IMG/VR virus record: IMGVR_UViG_3300024999_000209
Span: 1-40,590 of that record
DNA length: 40,590 nt
Direction: 5' to 3' (one strand)
DNA from: a virus
Taxonomy: Duplodnaviria; Caudoviricetes
Under the pieces are notes generated by a model. The model did not search any database. It saw nothing but the letters and a program-made list of their open reading frames with translations, and was not told the DNA's origin. Shown one piece after another: positions 8,386 to 17,179 of this stretch. Positions within the stretch are counted from its first letter, which is position 1. Every line of letters starts with the position of its first letter. The position numbers and the translations under genes are program-made.

Positions 8386-10129
8386 TTATCATACCTCCCA
8401 TTTTATTTTGTGTTTCCTGTTTCATTGTTTCAATTAATTGGTCTGCATTATCCATTCCCATTTGCTCAAGCAACCATTTAAGAAGTTCCAACATACCCCC
8501 GCCAAGCTCCGCTTGTATAGGCGGAAGCATCAAGAACTCTTTAAGAATAGACATGTTTTCATTGAGTTTTTGCTTTCTGTCTAGCGTGCTGAGAGCATCG
8601 CCGTATGAATACGAATAATTGCCCAGCCAGTCTTCTTCTTTAATCATATCGAAGCCAAACCCGCCAGTCTTTGCAGTTCTTACAGGCACAGGCTCAATGC
8701 GATACCCTGCGTTTAATTCAGCTATATCTTCAATATCTTTTATAATAAGCTCGCGGGTGAAGTCTTTAACCTCGTTAAGCATTCTTTTCTCTTGTCCGGA
8801 GCCTACCATTGACATTTCAGTTGCAGTCCTACCGCCACTTACGTCTTGCCCTAGCATATTATCAAATATACCTGTTGCGGATTCTATTTCTTGGTTGCTT
8901 ATAGGCATAAGATTTACTATGGCTGCTAATCCTGGAGCATAATCCATGAATTCAATATCGCCGTCAGTTAGGGAATCTTTTTTTAGGCCAATATACATGC
9001 CCCGCTTTATTTCAATTTGTTTTTCTGACAGTAATCCCTCTGGCCCAAAGCTTGGCCTGTCTACCACAAGCCCAGCGCAGCGCTGCGCATCCTGAAAAAG
9101 TTCAGAATTGTATTGATTAAGGGGAACTGCGCAATCAAACATACTTATTGACCGGCCTGTCTTTGGGTTGTCGAGAAATGACGACCTTCTAATAGGGCAG
9201 AATGGGTACGGGTTAGGCTCAAACCGTATAATCTTTTTGTTTCCAGCAAGTACAATATAATAGTCAGTCAACACGGTGCCATCATCAAGTTTTAGGCTTC
9301 CCCAAAAATGCAAAAGAACTATTTTGCCATCTTGTGTGCTGATATTCTCATCAGCAACAGGGGTAGAGTTTTCAGTTTCTTTCTCATGCCCGGATTGATT
9401 TTCTAAGGACTCTAATTCTTCATAATTACTATATGCCTGATTTTGTTTTATCTCTTCAAAAGTAGCTAGCGTAGGGTATATTTTAGGACAGTTTACCCAA
9501 TCATGCTTTTGGTTTTTGTCAAATACAAATTTGTGCGGGTCTATTACCGTTATTTTGCAACCCTCATACGCCGGAACCTCAACAATTTTAAATTTTTCTT
9601 TGTTTGACTCCATTCCAACCAAAGAAGCTATTTTATTGTACTGCTTTTCTAAGAAGCTTAATTTTCTGCGGACTTTCTTGGTTTTCTTTTCCCAGGTAAT
9701 ATACCTGACTACTTCACCTTTTAGTGCTCGATAAAAAAGGTATTGCGCTATTATCTGGTAGTAATCCATATTTTTAAGTTCTTTTGTAAGTAAAGATTTT
9801 TGTTTACTTACAGACTTTGAGCTTAAAAAATCCTCGCCCTGTACATCAAAAGATGCTTCCGGACTTGGATAAACATTTGATACCATGTGAGCTATATAAG
9901 TCATAAACCGTTTATAGATGCCGGGCATAATATACGCTTTATCATCTTTTACTTCGTCAGTGGCGGTATCAATAAATATGTGCTTAAATAACTCGTCAAA
10001 CTTATTAACGTGAGGCTGTAAGTCTTCCATCCATTGAGTATAATGAGTGGTAATCCAAGGCACTAGCTTGCTTTCCAACTCGTTATTAAGTTCTATTATA
10101 TTTTGCTCTTGTATCAGCTCGTTAGGCAT
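8264..10129 (-). CDS. Portal protein (podovirus type)
   Basis: 621 aa, I.VIDP..F.FD, IESATG, RTATE motifs; Gln/Pro/Met-rich tail. Confidence 0.85.
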   Translation of the reverse strand: MPNELIQEQNIIELNNELESKLVPWITTHYTQWMEDLQPHVNKFDELFKHIFIDTATDEVKDDKAYIMPGIYKRFMTYIAHMVSNVYPSPEASFDVQGEDFLSSKSVSKQKSLLTKELKNMDYYQIIAQYLFYRALKGEVVRYITWEKKTKKVRRKLSFLEKQYNKIASLVGMESNKEKFKIVEVPAYEGCKITVIDPHKFVFDKNQKHDWVNCPKIYPTLATFEEIKQNQAYSNYEELESLENQSGHEKETENSTPVADENISTQDGKIVLLHFWGSLKLDDGTVLTDYYIVLAGNKKIIRFEPNPYPFCPIRRSSFLDNPKTGRSISMFDCAVPLNQYNSELFQDAQRCAGLVVDRPSFGPEGLLSEKQIEIKRGMYIGLKKDSLTDGDIEFMDYAPGLAAIVNLMPISNQEIESATGIFDNMLGQDVSGGRTATEMSMVGSGQEKRMLNEVKDFTRELIIKDIEDIAELNAGYRIEPVPVRTAKTGGFGFDMIKEEDWLGNYSYSYGDALSTLDRKQKLNENMSILKEFLMLPPIQAELGGGMLELLKWLLEQMGMDNADQLIETMKQETQNKMGGMINGQPGQVQGAPIPRINPVGGMEVPPGAMPEIPAGSYPQGF

Positions 10130-10149
10130 TTGTTTTTCCTATTAACCCA

Positions 10150-10176
10150 AAAGGATAGGGGCAGATTCCGCCCCTA
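10150..10176 (-). terminator. Hairpin between the fibre-like gene and portal
   Basis: TAGGGGC-7nt-GCCCCTA followed by TCCTTTT on the - strand. Confidence 0.5.
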
Positions 10177-10186
10177 AATTTTTAAG

Positions 10187-11737
10187 TTAGTCTATTCTGA
10201 TAAACTCAATAAATATAATACAATCCAGAACGCCGCCACCGTCTGGGACTATAGACAAAGAGCCATTGGCCGCAATGTCTGCCTCTGCGTATGTTATATC
10301 AGATGGAGTATCAATATCATCTGCACTTGCTGCCACTGTTACAGCATTTGTAACATCAGTTCCTGCACCGCCTGCTCCGTTGTTTAATTTCCAAGTTCCG
10401 CCGTCTGCACTGGTTGAAATAGAATGAACGTTGGTTATAAGGAATTTAAAAGGAGCATTTGAACTGTAAATGTTTACCGCTGCTGCCTGATTGGTAAGAT
10501 TGTATGTTAATACGCCCTTAACTCCATAATTACCAATTGCTATCGGGTCAAGCTCATCTGCATTGATATTTGATATTGTATTAGAGTCCGCATCTATTGT
10601 TTTAAGAGTTATTGTTGCTGCCGTATTATCCATTACAAAATTATCAGCTGCATCCCCAATATCGGGAATTGTAGCTACGGCTGCTGCATTAGTCTGGTTA
10701 GCAGCTGTAATAGTTGTGTCATTTGCGCCACCCTCTAACTTGGGGGTTGTAAAGGTTTTTACTCCAGTTATTGCCTCAATACCACCGAGGGTTGCTAGTG
10801 TTCCAGTTGTAGGAAGTGTTACATCAGTAGCACCACCAGTAGTAAAGGTAAGCGAATCATCACCCACTGTTATTAAATCACCCGTTGTAGTTATTGCGCC
10901 ACCCAGAGTAATTGTTCTAGCTGCATCACCGGTAGTAATTGTTAAGTTCCTGTCTGCTGTTAAATCAGACCCAGGAACTATAACGAGATCATGAGAAGCG
11001 TTAGTATCAAGTAAATGTAATCCAGTATTTGGAAGCGTTTGAGCTGCCGTGAATGTTTGAGTTTCATTTATAAATGCAAATGTTCTAGCTCCACCTACCG
11101 CCGGAACTGTTAAAGTGTAAGCTCCACCAGCTGTCCCAAAATCTAAAGTATAGTCACTAGCCCCAGCTTCGGCGGTAATTGTATTATTAAAATTAGAAGT
11201 TGTTGCTAATGTAGGTATTCCCCATGACGGGTTCTGTCCTGCGCCATTTGTCAATAATGAATAACCGGCAGTACCAACATTTAAAGAAACCCAATTTGAG
11301 CCATCATTGTAAAGTATTTCGCCTTGTGCTTCGCCTGATATAGTTAAATCAGTTACGGACAAAGCGCCGGCATTACTTAAAGTACCATCTCCAGATAAAG
11401 CAACCGATGTTGCCACGTTGCCGGCGCTACCCACAAGTAAATTACCTGAAGATAAAGCTGCAAATTTGCTGAAATCAATTGCTGCTGAAGCGTTAATGTC
11501 TGCGTTAAGTATTGCGCCGTTAACTATTTTAGCAGATGTTACTGTGTCGTTTCCTGGAGTTGTTGATACGGTAAGAGCTGTTATTGCATCATCAACCGCC
11601 GAAAAAGTCCTGGACACATCAGGCCGCCCGCTGGTGTAATCACTAAAATTTGTTAATGCTTTTTTTGCCGCAATAGCTGGAAGCGCAAGTAATGACGCCA
11701 ATAACGCTATTGTTAATAATTTTTTTCTAAGTTTCAT
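10187..11737 (-). CDS. Thr/Ala/Gly-rich fibre-like protein with an N-terminal Sec-like signal peptide
   Basis: MKLRKKLLTIALLASLLALPAIAA; VTSAKIVNGAILNADI, GEILY..G..W..L..GT.G..L, TLPTTGTLATL fibre motifs. Confidence 0.65.
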   Translation of the reverse strand: MKLRKKLLTIALLASLLALPAIAAKKALTNFSDYTSGRPDVSRTFSAVDDAITALTVSTTPGNDTVTSAKIVNGAILNADINASAAIDFSKFAALSSGNLLVGSAGNVATSVALSGDGTLSNAGALSVTDLTISGEAQGEILYNDGSNWVSLNVGTAGYSLLTNGAGQNPSWGIPTLATTSNFNNTITAEAGASDYTLDFGTAGGAYTLTVPAVGGARTFAFINETQTFTAAQTLPNTGLHLLDTNASHDLVIVPGSDLTADRNLTITTGDAARTITLGGAITTTGDLITVGDDSLTFTTGGATDVTLPTTGTLATLGGIEAITGVKTFTTPKLEGGANDTTITAANQTNAAAVATIPDIGDAADNFVMDNTAATITLKTIDADSNTISNINADELDPIAIGNYGVKGVLTYNLTNQAAAVNIYSSNAPFKFLITNVHSISTSADGGTWKLNNGAGGAGTDVTNAVTVAASADDIDTPSDITYAEADIAANGSLSIVPDGGGVLDCIIFIEFIRID

Positions 11738-11933
11738 TTAATATCCTTTCTGGCTCTCTGCCACTTTTTAAGTTATAAACGTAAAATAATAAATCTTTTA
11801 AATCTTGTCCTTTTAGTTCTGTTACTTCTTTTTCCCCTAGTGTTGCAATTATTTTTCTATAAGATTGATTATCGGTTACAAGCTCGACAATGAGTGGGTC
11901 AAAATGCATTGATAAAAGGATTTCTAAATTCAT
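11727..11933 (-). CDS. Hypothetical protein
   Basis: 68 aa ORF coupled to terL, GGGAGG RBS. Confidence 0.6.
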   Translation of the reverse strand: MNLEILLSMHFDPLIVELVTDNQSYRKIIATLGEKEVTELKGQDLKDLLFYVYNLKSGREPERILNET

Positions 11934-11935
11934 GA

Positions 11936-13330
11936 TTACCTCCCGCTTTTGCTAAATTGTTCTTGTATACTTAGTTCTTCTTGTGATTCTGGAAACTTTC
12001 TTGTATCTCTAACTGGCCAGTAGTATTCTATTGGATAACTAGCCGCATCAAAGATGTGTTCTAAAAATTTACTATTCGGGTCGTTGCTTAATATGGTTTG
12101 TGTTGGCTTATCAACTACCGACGTCCCCGGTTTAAAGCACAGTTTTTGATAGTTGTATATAAGCCATTTGCACTTAGGAGAGGTATAAACTTGTATCTCG
12201 CCGGCATCAGTCAGCATTTTGTTATTAAATGCATCAAACCGTGCTACCTTGCGGGGGTTACCCTCTTTTATATCAACTCTTATATTTGTATATCCATAAT
12301 CAAAAAGAATATTTCTTAACTGGACAAACTTGGTTTTGTCACTGCCTGCGTCCCTATTATCTCCGGAAGCATCCCCGTTTATTATTATTTCGCCCTTATG
12401 AAATCCGTAACGTTCAAGAAACTCTCTTGCCGTGTCCCTAACGTTGGTATTCTCTACCACTATTTCATCAATAAAGTATATCTTTGTAGCAGGATTCCTA
12501 ATATCCCCTGTCATGCTAGCGTTTGTATGAGCTAACACCCAGCACATAGGGTCAACGTTAAAATCACAGGATATATGCAGCGGCTCGGAAGGATAGTAAT
12601 TAACTGCTTTGATGTGCTTGGTTTTGTTAAAATATTTTACTACTGTGTTAAGGTTTCCGCCTTTAGGCTTATTAAGATAATCCCGTTCATATTTGTCTGG
12701 CTTATGTTGCCTCAGTAATTCAGCTCTTTGGATAAATTGAGAACTCAGTAAACCTAAATGCTGTATTTCGGGATAATTTACCTCTATAAAATAAGTGCCT
12801 TCTGGAGCCTTCATTGCTTCATAGTCCAGAAACAGCGAATCCTCAACCGGAAGAGAGTCATCTATTCTGTTGTATATCACAAGCAGAACACAGCCGGCTT
12901 TCCTTAATGTCGGGATAAGTACATCCCAAACTGCTTGTGATACCGATTGTGCCTCGTCAATTATAAAAAAGTCTGTTGTTGTAGCTATGCCCTTAAGATT
13001 TTCTATGGCTGCTGTGTTTATTTCTTTCAAGCCCTTAAAAAACATATAAGAGCCATTAATGTGGCGAATTGCGTCATTAGTAGAAGAAAACCCCCTATTG
13101 GGGAATTCGGTTTCTATTATCCCGTCTAATTCAGCTTTCAGTGAATCGCTTAATGTCTCCTTGGTTTCCCTGAAAAAACAAGTTTTCTTTTTTGCCTGAG
13201 TAGAACATAACAACACGCCCCTCAATGCGTGGCCTGTTTTCATCGAGCCACGGCCGCCAGTCAGAGCTATTACATTAAATTTTGAATTATTTAATTCAAG
13301 TAATGGTTTATATTTTTTATAAAATTTCAT
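11936..13330 (-). CDS. terL: Terminase large subunit (PBSX-type)
   Basis: GGRGSMKT Walker A, FIIDEAQ Walker B, DFNVDP / DASG / H..DA..Y nuclease motifs. Confidence 0.92.
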   Translation of the reverse strand: MKFYKKYKPLLELNNSKFNVIALTGGRGSMKTGHALRGVLLCSTQAKKKTCFFRETKETLSDSLKAELDGIIETEFPNRGFSSTNDAIRHINGSYMFFKGLKEINTAAIENLKGIATTTDFFIIDEAQSVSQAVWDVLIPTLRKAGCVLLVIYNRIDDSLPVEDSLFLDYEAMKAPEGTYFIEVNYPEIQHLGLLSSQFIQRAELLRQHKPDKYERDYLNKPKGGNLNTVVKYFNKTKHIKAVNYYPSEPLHISCDFNVDPMCWVLAHTNASMTGDIRNPATKIYFIDEIVVENTNVRDTAREFLERYGFHKGEIIINGDASGDNRDAGSDKTKFVQLRNILFDYGYTNIRVDIKEGNPRKVARFDAFNNKMLTDAGEIQVYTSPKCKWLIYNYQKLCFKPGTSVVDKPTQTILSNDPNSKFLEHIFDAASYPIEYYWPVRDTRKFPESQEELSIQEQFSKSGR

Positions 13331-13716
13331 ACAATTTCAACAGCAAATGATGCTGTATTTATAGTGCCACTTAATTCTTTTTTCTCGCTCTTTAACCCTG
13401 ATATATCCAGCACAGCTTTAATTGCATTTATTTTGTCTGCTGTTTTTACAGTTGTTATTGCCCCTTCTTGGGTTATTGACAGCGTATCCATTTCAATTAT
13501 TTTTTTTAACTCAGGCAGAGAAATACTTACAAGCTCATCTATCTCTGTCTTGTAATTATTTGCTATTTCTTCTTGTATTTTACTTTTTTCTACTTTCCAG
13601 TCTTCTTCGTAAGCTTTATTGGAAATAGTTTGAGCTTTCACTTTGTATTTTTTAGCAAGCTCAATGGGCTTTTTGCCTTCCAAATATCCTATTTTAATCT
13701 TTGCCCAGTTTGCCAT
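13327..13716 (-). CDS. terS: Terminase small subunit (probable start MANWAKIK)
   Basis: N-terminal HTH (W..IK..Y..G....ELAKKY.V...TI), GAGGTG RBS, overlaps the terL start. Confidence 0.75.
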   Translation of the reverse strand: MANWAKIKIGYLEGKKPIELAKKYKVKAQTISNKAYEEDWKVEKSKIQEEIANNYKTEIDELVSISLPELKKIIEMDTLSITQEGAITTVKTADKINAIKAVLDISGLKSEKKELSGTINTASFAVEIV

Positions 13717-13886
13717 CCTATCACCTCGCCCCGCGCGCCGGCGGGTTATATTGTATAGGGAGTCTATTAAGGCAAGCTCTCCCAAAAAACCGATTGTTAG
13801 TGTTTTTACACCTACCACAAACTTATCCTAAATCTCGGTAAGAAACCTGTCGTTTATGGCCAATATTAAAACAGGAATTTCTTTTA

Positions 13887-14225
13887 TTACAACCCGCTCC
13901 CTTCGTGCTTCCGCTGGCTCTGTAGCTCGATTATTTTGCTTTTATATACTTCGGCAAAATCCCGGTAATTTTTCCAGAGTGCTTCGTCCTGGTAATAACT
14001 GTCAGATAAACTTTTTATAGTTTCCTCGGTTTCTGTGCCTTCAAATTTTTTTAAAAGCAATTGGATTTTATTTTCAAAACTGGCTGTACTTTTATCTATA
14101 TGCCGGGCCATTAGAACAGCTAATCTTGCACAGGCTGTGGCGTGCTGCTCTCGGTGTTCTGCTTTTTTAGTTATACAATCGGCCTGTTTTTCGAGGTATT
14201 CGTGTATTTGTTCAGATATTCCCAT
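13887..14225 (-). CDS. Hypothetical helical protein, first gene after the late leader
   Basis: 112 aa, GGAGGAG RBS. Confidence 0.7.
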   Translation of the reverse strand: MGISEQIHEYLEKQADCITKKAEHREQHATACARLAVLMARHIDKSTASFENKIQLLLKKFEGTETEETIKSLSDSYYQDEALWKNYRDFAEVYKSKIIELQSQRKHEGSGL

Positions 14226-14239
14226 GCTCCTCCGATTTA

Positions 14240-14563
14240 ATGCAGTTAGTTCAAGAGGTCTTATAGCTTGCTTGCGTTGACCGGTCGCTACAAGTACCTT
14301 TCGATTGTCCTAATCAGATTCTTATAGCCTCAAGAACCTCACTGCTAGGATAATTCTTTTAAAAAAAACACAGGCGGGGTTCATAATCAGGGTACAACTG
14401 CCCGCCTACTAGGCTAGATCCTATTTGTGAAGTGGAAATAGTACAAGGGAAGCCTGCGCCTCCCTGATGGCTTGCGCCGTGATTCCTGCCCCGCCGATTT
14501 TCGCATTATGTTTACGTTATCGGAAATCCGATAACGGTAATTTTCTTGAGGCGTGGCGGGTGC
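14240..14563 (-). ncRNA. Structured noncoding leader of the late operon with an internal terminator
   Basis: GC-rich and ORF-free; several hairpins (CGTTATCGGA/TCCGATAACG, GGC-GCAA-GCC), terminator at 14361-14407. Confidence 0.5.
14361..14407 (-). terminator. Intrinsic terminator in the late leader
   Basis: AGGCGGG...CCCGCCT followed by GTG and T8 on the - strand. Confidence 0.6.
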
Positions 14564-14598
14564 TATAAATATTTTTTAAAATCTTAATGTTTTATATA

Positions 14599-14627
14599 TT
14601 GACAAAAAACTAATAGTGTTATATATT
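14599..14627 (+). promoter_or_regulatory. Sigma70-type promoter of a moron cassette
   Basis: TTGACA-17-TATATT. Confidence 0.75.
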
Positions 14628-14658
14628 TATATTGTTAGGTTAATTAAGGAGATCGAAA

Positions 14659-14802
14659 ATGAATATTAAACAACTTGATTTACTAATCCAATCCTGCATA
14701 GACAAAGGTGATAATGATTTAGTTAAATATTATTTAAAAAAAAGGAAACAACTTGTTAAAGAAATCACAAAAAATATTAATGAAGCTCTAGCCGTTCAAT
14801 AA
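14659..14802 (+). CDS. 47-aa moron protein
   Basis: AAGGAG RBS; MNIKQLDLLIQSCIDKGDNDLVKYYLKKRKQ... Confidence 0.65.
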   Translation: MNIKQLDLLIQSCIDKGDNDLVKYYLKKRKQLVKEITKNINEALAVQ

Positions 14803-14864
14803 CGGCTTCTTCCTTCAATCCAGCGAGTGACTGGCTTGAAATTAGAAGCAGAAAGGACGGAATT

Positions 14865-15053
14865 ATGCAAAAATTTGTTTTTGAAGTAAGAAAAAGTAAT
14901 TCAAATGACTGGAAGGATACAGCCTATTATTATCCCGGAATTATGGCTGATAACTTTAATGACGCTTATTGTAAATTATTAAAAGAATACCCTAGAGATA
15001 AAGGCTATCACGGCCATTATGACATAACATCAAGATCACAGGAGGCACAATGA
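14865..15053 (+). CDS. 62-aa moron protein
   Basis: AAAGGA RBS after a long hairpin. Confidence 0.65.
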   Translation: MQKFVFEVRKSNSNDWKDTAYYYPGIMADNFNDAYCKLLKEYPRDKGYHGHYDITSRSQEAQ

Positions 15054-15187
15054 CCCGTGGCGGATGGCGGGGCGGTGGTCGCCCCAAAGGTACAAACTAT
15101 AAAATGAAGTCTTACCGAGTAACCGATCAGGAAGATGAAATTATAAAACGCTGGTTGAAAAAAAGACATTCAAAACCCCGGGATTAA
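15050..15187 (+). CDS. 45-aa AT-hook / RHH-like small DNA-binding protein
   Basis: MTRGGWRGGGRPKG...SYRVTDQEDEIIKRWL; GGAGG RBS. Confidence 0.65.
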   Translation: MTRGGWRGGGRPKGTNYKMKSYRVTDQEDEIIKRWLKKRHSKPRD

Positions 15188-15203
15188 TCGGGGTTATTTT
15201 TTT
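15174..15203 (+). terminator. Moron terminator
   Basis: AACCCCG...CGGGGTT followed by a T-run. Confidence 0.7.
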
Positions 15204-15353
15204 ACTAAATTTCTGATTTTCGAAAGTTTCACTAATCTCACACGCCCCGTTAAGGTGGCTTAAAATTTTTCCCGGGGTGTGGGGTACTTGCTTTCTTGGT
15301 TATCTTTTAAAAACACATAATTTTTATTATCGGTCTATATCGACTAGAAAGAG

Positions 15354-15494
15354 TTACCCTTTAATATCTATCTTCTTATCCCGCAGCGGCTGGCACTCCA
15401 GCGGCTTCAACTTCGGTATGTACGGCCGGGGGCTGACGTAGGCGCCCGCCTGCTTAATTGCTCTTTGTATCGGTTGTGAGTTCTGTATGTTCAT
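15354..15494 (-). CDS. 46-aa hypothetical protein
   Basis: MNIQNSQPIQRAIKQAGAYVSPRPYIPKLKP..., translated by hand. Confidence 0.45.
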   Translation of the reverse strand: MNIQNSQPIQRAIKQAGAYVSPRPYIPKLKPLECQPLRDKKIDIKG

Positions 15495-15903
15495 TTTTAA
15501 TTTTTCCTATTTCTTTATCCAGGTATCCGTTTGCTAAATCCAAAACTTTGTTTGGAATTGCCTGCACTTTTTCACTGGTCACGCCTGCTTTTATATACGG
15601 ATATGCCCATATAATAGCTATGTCTTGTTTGGAAGGAATAAGAGCCGTCAATAACCCTGAAAAAACAACAACTACAACAATTAAGTAAAATTTAGATTGG
15701 ATAATTAAACTTACATTTTTAGCATATAAATAATCTTTGTCGTCTTCTCCAAATCTTCTGTTAGAAAATTCTTCACCTTTAAAAACTAAGTAAAAAATAC
15801 CTGCCAACGCAAACAATATAATAGAAATTATATTTAAGGTAATTATAACTTCCCTTATTGATTCACTTATACTCCATAAATAAATTGCAAATTGTTCTGA
15901 CAT
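15454..15903 (-). CDS. Two-TM membrane protein
   Basis: Two hydrophobic segments, IPSK.D motif, AAGGAGG RBS. Confidence 0.7.
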   Translation of the reverse strand: MSEQFAIYLWSISESIREVIITLNIISIILFALAGIFYLVFKGEEFSNRRFGEDDKDYLYAKNVSLIIQSKFYLIVVVVVFSGLLTALIPSKQDIAIIWAYPYIKAGVTSEKVQAIPNKVLDLANGYLDKEIGKIKNEHTELTTDTKSN

Positions 15904-15980
15904 TTCCGCTCCTCCTTATATCCCCACCAAAATTGTATGCTCTGTTACTGGCTCTTTTATTCTGCCTTCTCCCCGATATT

Positions 15981-16742
15981 TCATTGCCCTGCTCTGTTCT
16001 GTTCTGGATAAAGACTATTTTTTAATTTGTGCTCGACTTCATATTCTTCAATATCATATTTTCTTCCGGCACTTACGCCACTACAAAGTCCACCCTGTAA
16101 AATAGTGTATTTTTCTGTATATTTTAATCTTTTATATTTTTCTTTATCTAACTGTTTATTTATTTGCGATTCTGCCTTTTTGCCAGTGTATATTTTTACA
16201 TTTTCTAAAGTTAATATAACCAATTTTGGGTTTTTGCAATGGCTGCATTCTGGCAAATAGTAAAGAAGTGTGTTTTGTTTTTCGTTTATAAATTTTAATG
16301 GCTGCTGCGTTCTATGACAGCATTCTATTTCTCTTAAATTTTTCCCTTCTTTACCTTTCTTGCAGCCTGAATTTAAATAATAGGACGTATGAGTTAATAC
16401 TTTTACTCCATCCTTGTAAATCTTTTCTGTAGTTTTACCAAAAGCCCAATTATCAAAATCATTATTAACTTTTTCGGCAAGGTCTTTTGGTAAACAAGAT
16501 ACCTCTTCCGACCATTCCAATAATTCAGGAATAGCTTTTCTTACAAACCTTGTAAACTGATCTCTATACAGGTTATAAACTATTAATACGCCTTTTTTCT
16601 TAATATTTCTATTATTGTCTGTGTATTCCTTTATCGCTAAATAGATATTACCCGCATAGAGTTCTTTTTTTTGTTCAGAACTTAAATATTTTAAAACTTC
16701 CTTAACCCCTGAAACCTTATAATAGCTATCAAATTTAGACAA
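15981..16742 (-). CDS. Basic hypothetical protein with CxxC; possible late regulator
   Basis: 253 aa, CSHC; sits at the end of the early region with its own leader; function is positional inference. Confidence 0.6.
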   Translation of the reverse strand: MSKFDSYYKVSGVKEVLKYLSSEQKKELYAGNIYLAIKEYTDNNRNIKKKGVLIVYNLYRDQFTRFVRKAIPELLEWSEEVSCLPKDLAEKVNNDFDNWAFGKTTEKIYKDGVKVLTHTSYYLNSGCKKGKEGKNLREIECCHRTQQPLKFINEKQNTLLYYLPECSHCKNPKLVILTLENVKIYTGKKAESQINKQLDKEKYKRLKYTEKYTILQGGLCSGVSAGRKYDIEEYEVEHKLKNSLYPEQNRAGQ

Positions 16743-16829
16743 CGGCTCCCCCTTCTCGGTTTAAGCATTTTACCTGATCGTGACCCTAACAGATTAGCTC
16801 CGCAATACTGCGACTAGTAAACCTACTTT

Positions 16830-16877
16830 CCTCCCCCGCTGCTGACTTGAACAGCACAATCCCATTAACAGGGTGGT
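16830..16877 (-). pseudogene. tRNA-like fragment (T-arm plus 3' acceptor strand, Asn-like anticodon loop)
   Basis: TGCTG-TTCAAGT-CAGCA-GCGGGGGA preceded by CTGTTAA; no D-arm. Confidence 0.45.
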
Positions 16878-16927
16878 ATTTTATTATTTTAACAGACTTT
16901 ATAAACAATAATAATCAATTATAGACA

Positions 16928-17179
16928 TTATTCGCTTAAAAAATCCTCTATAGTTATGTATTGCAGTTTCAAGGCTTTTTTAATAAGCCTTATAAGTACA
17001 ACTCTTGGAGAGGTTTTATCGTTATTCGTATTAGAAACCTGTAACTTCTCATAAATTTTATTCAGAGTAGGATAAACAGTACCTTCCGCTACAAATAATT
17101 TCTTTTGTATATCTTTATTACTATAGCCTTTTAGTAAACATAAAAGATAATCTTTTTCTCTGTTTGTAAGTATTCCCAC
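16928..17179 (-). CDS. LuxR-type HTH protein
   Basis: LTNREK..L..L.KGYSNKDI..KLFVAEGTV...L.KIYEKL.V. Confidence 0.85.
   Translation of the reverse strand: MGILTNREKDYLLCLLKGYSNKDIQKKLFVAEGTVYPTLNKIYEKLQVSNTNNDKTSPRVVLIRLIKKALKLQYITIEDFLSE

Noticed and set aside
8619-13831. + strand ORFs within portal, fibre and terminase genes (e.g. 8619-8942, 10563-10994, 12098-12441)
   Set aside because: Antisense shadows of strong - strand genes, with no RBS and with mirror-image composition
14430-14485. Hammerhead (CTGATG) or c-di-GMP riboswitch (GCAA) core in the late leader
   Set aside because: CTGATGA/GAAA and the paired GCAAA elements are incomplete, so no family call is justified
16745-16830. tRNA-associated HDV-like (theta) ribozyme after the tRNA-like arm
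   Set aside because: I could not find the nested P1/P3/L3 pyrimidine-rich core or the pseudoknot pairing
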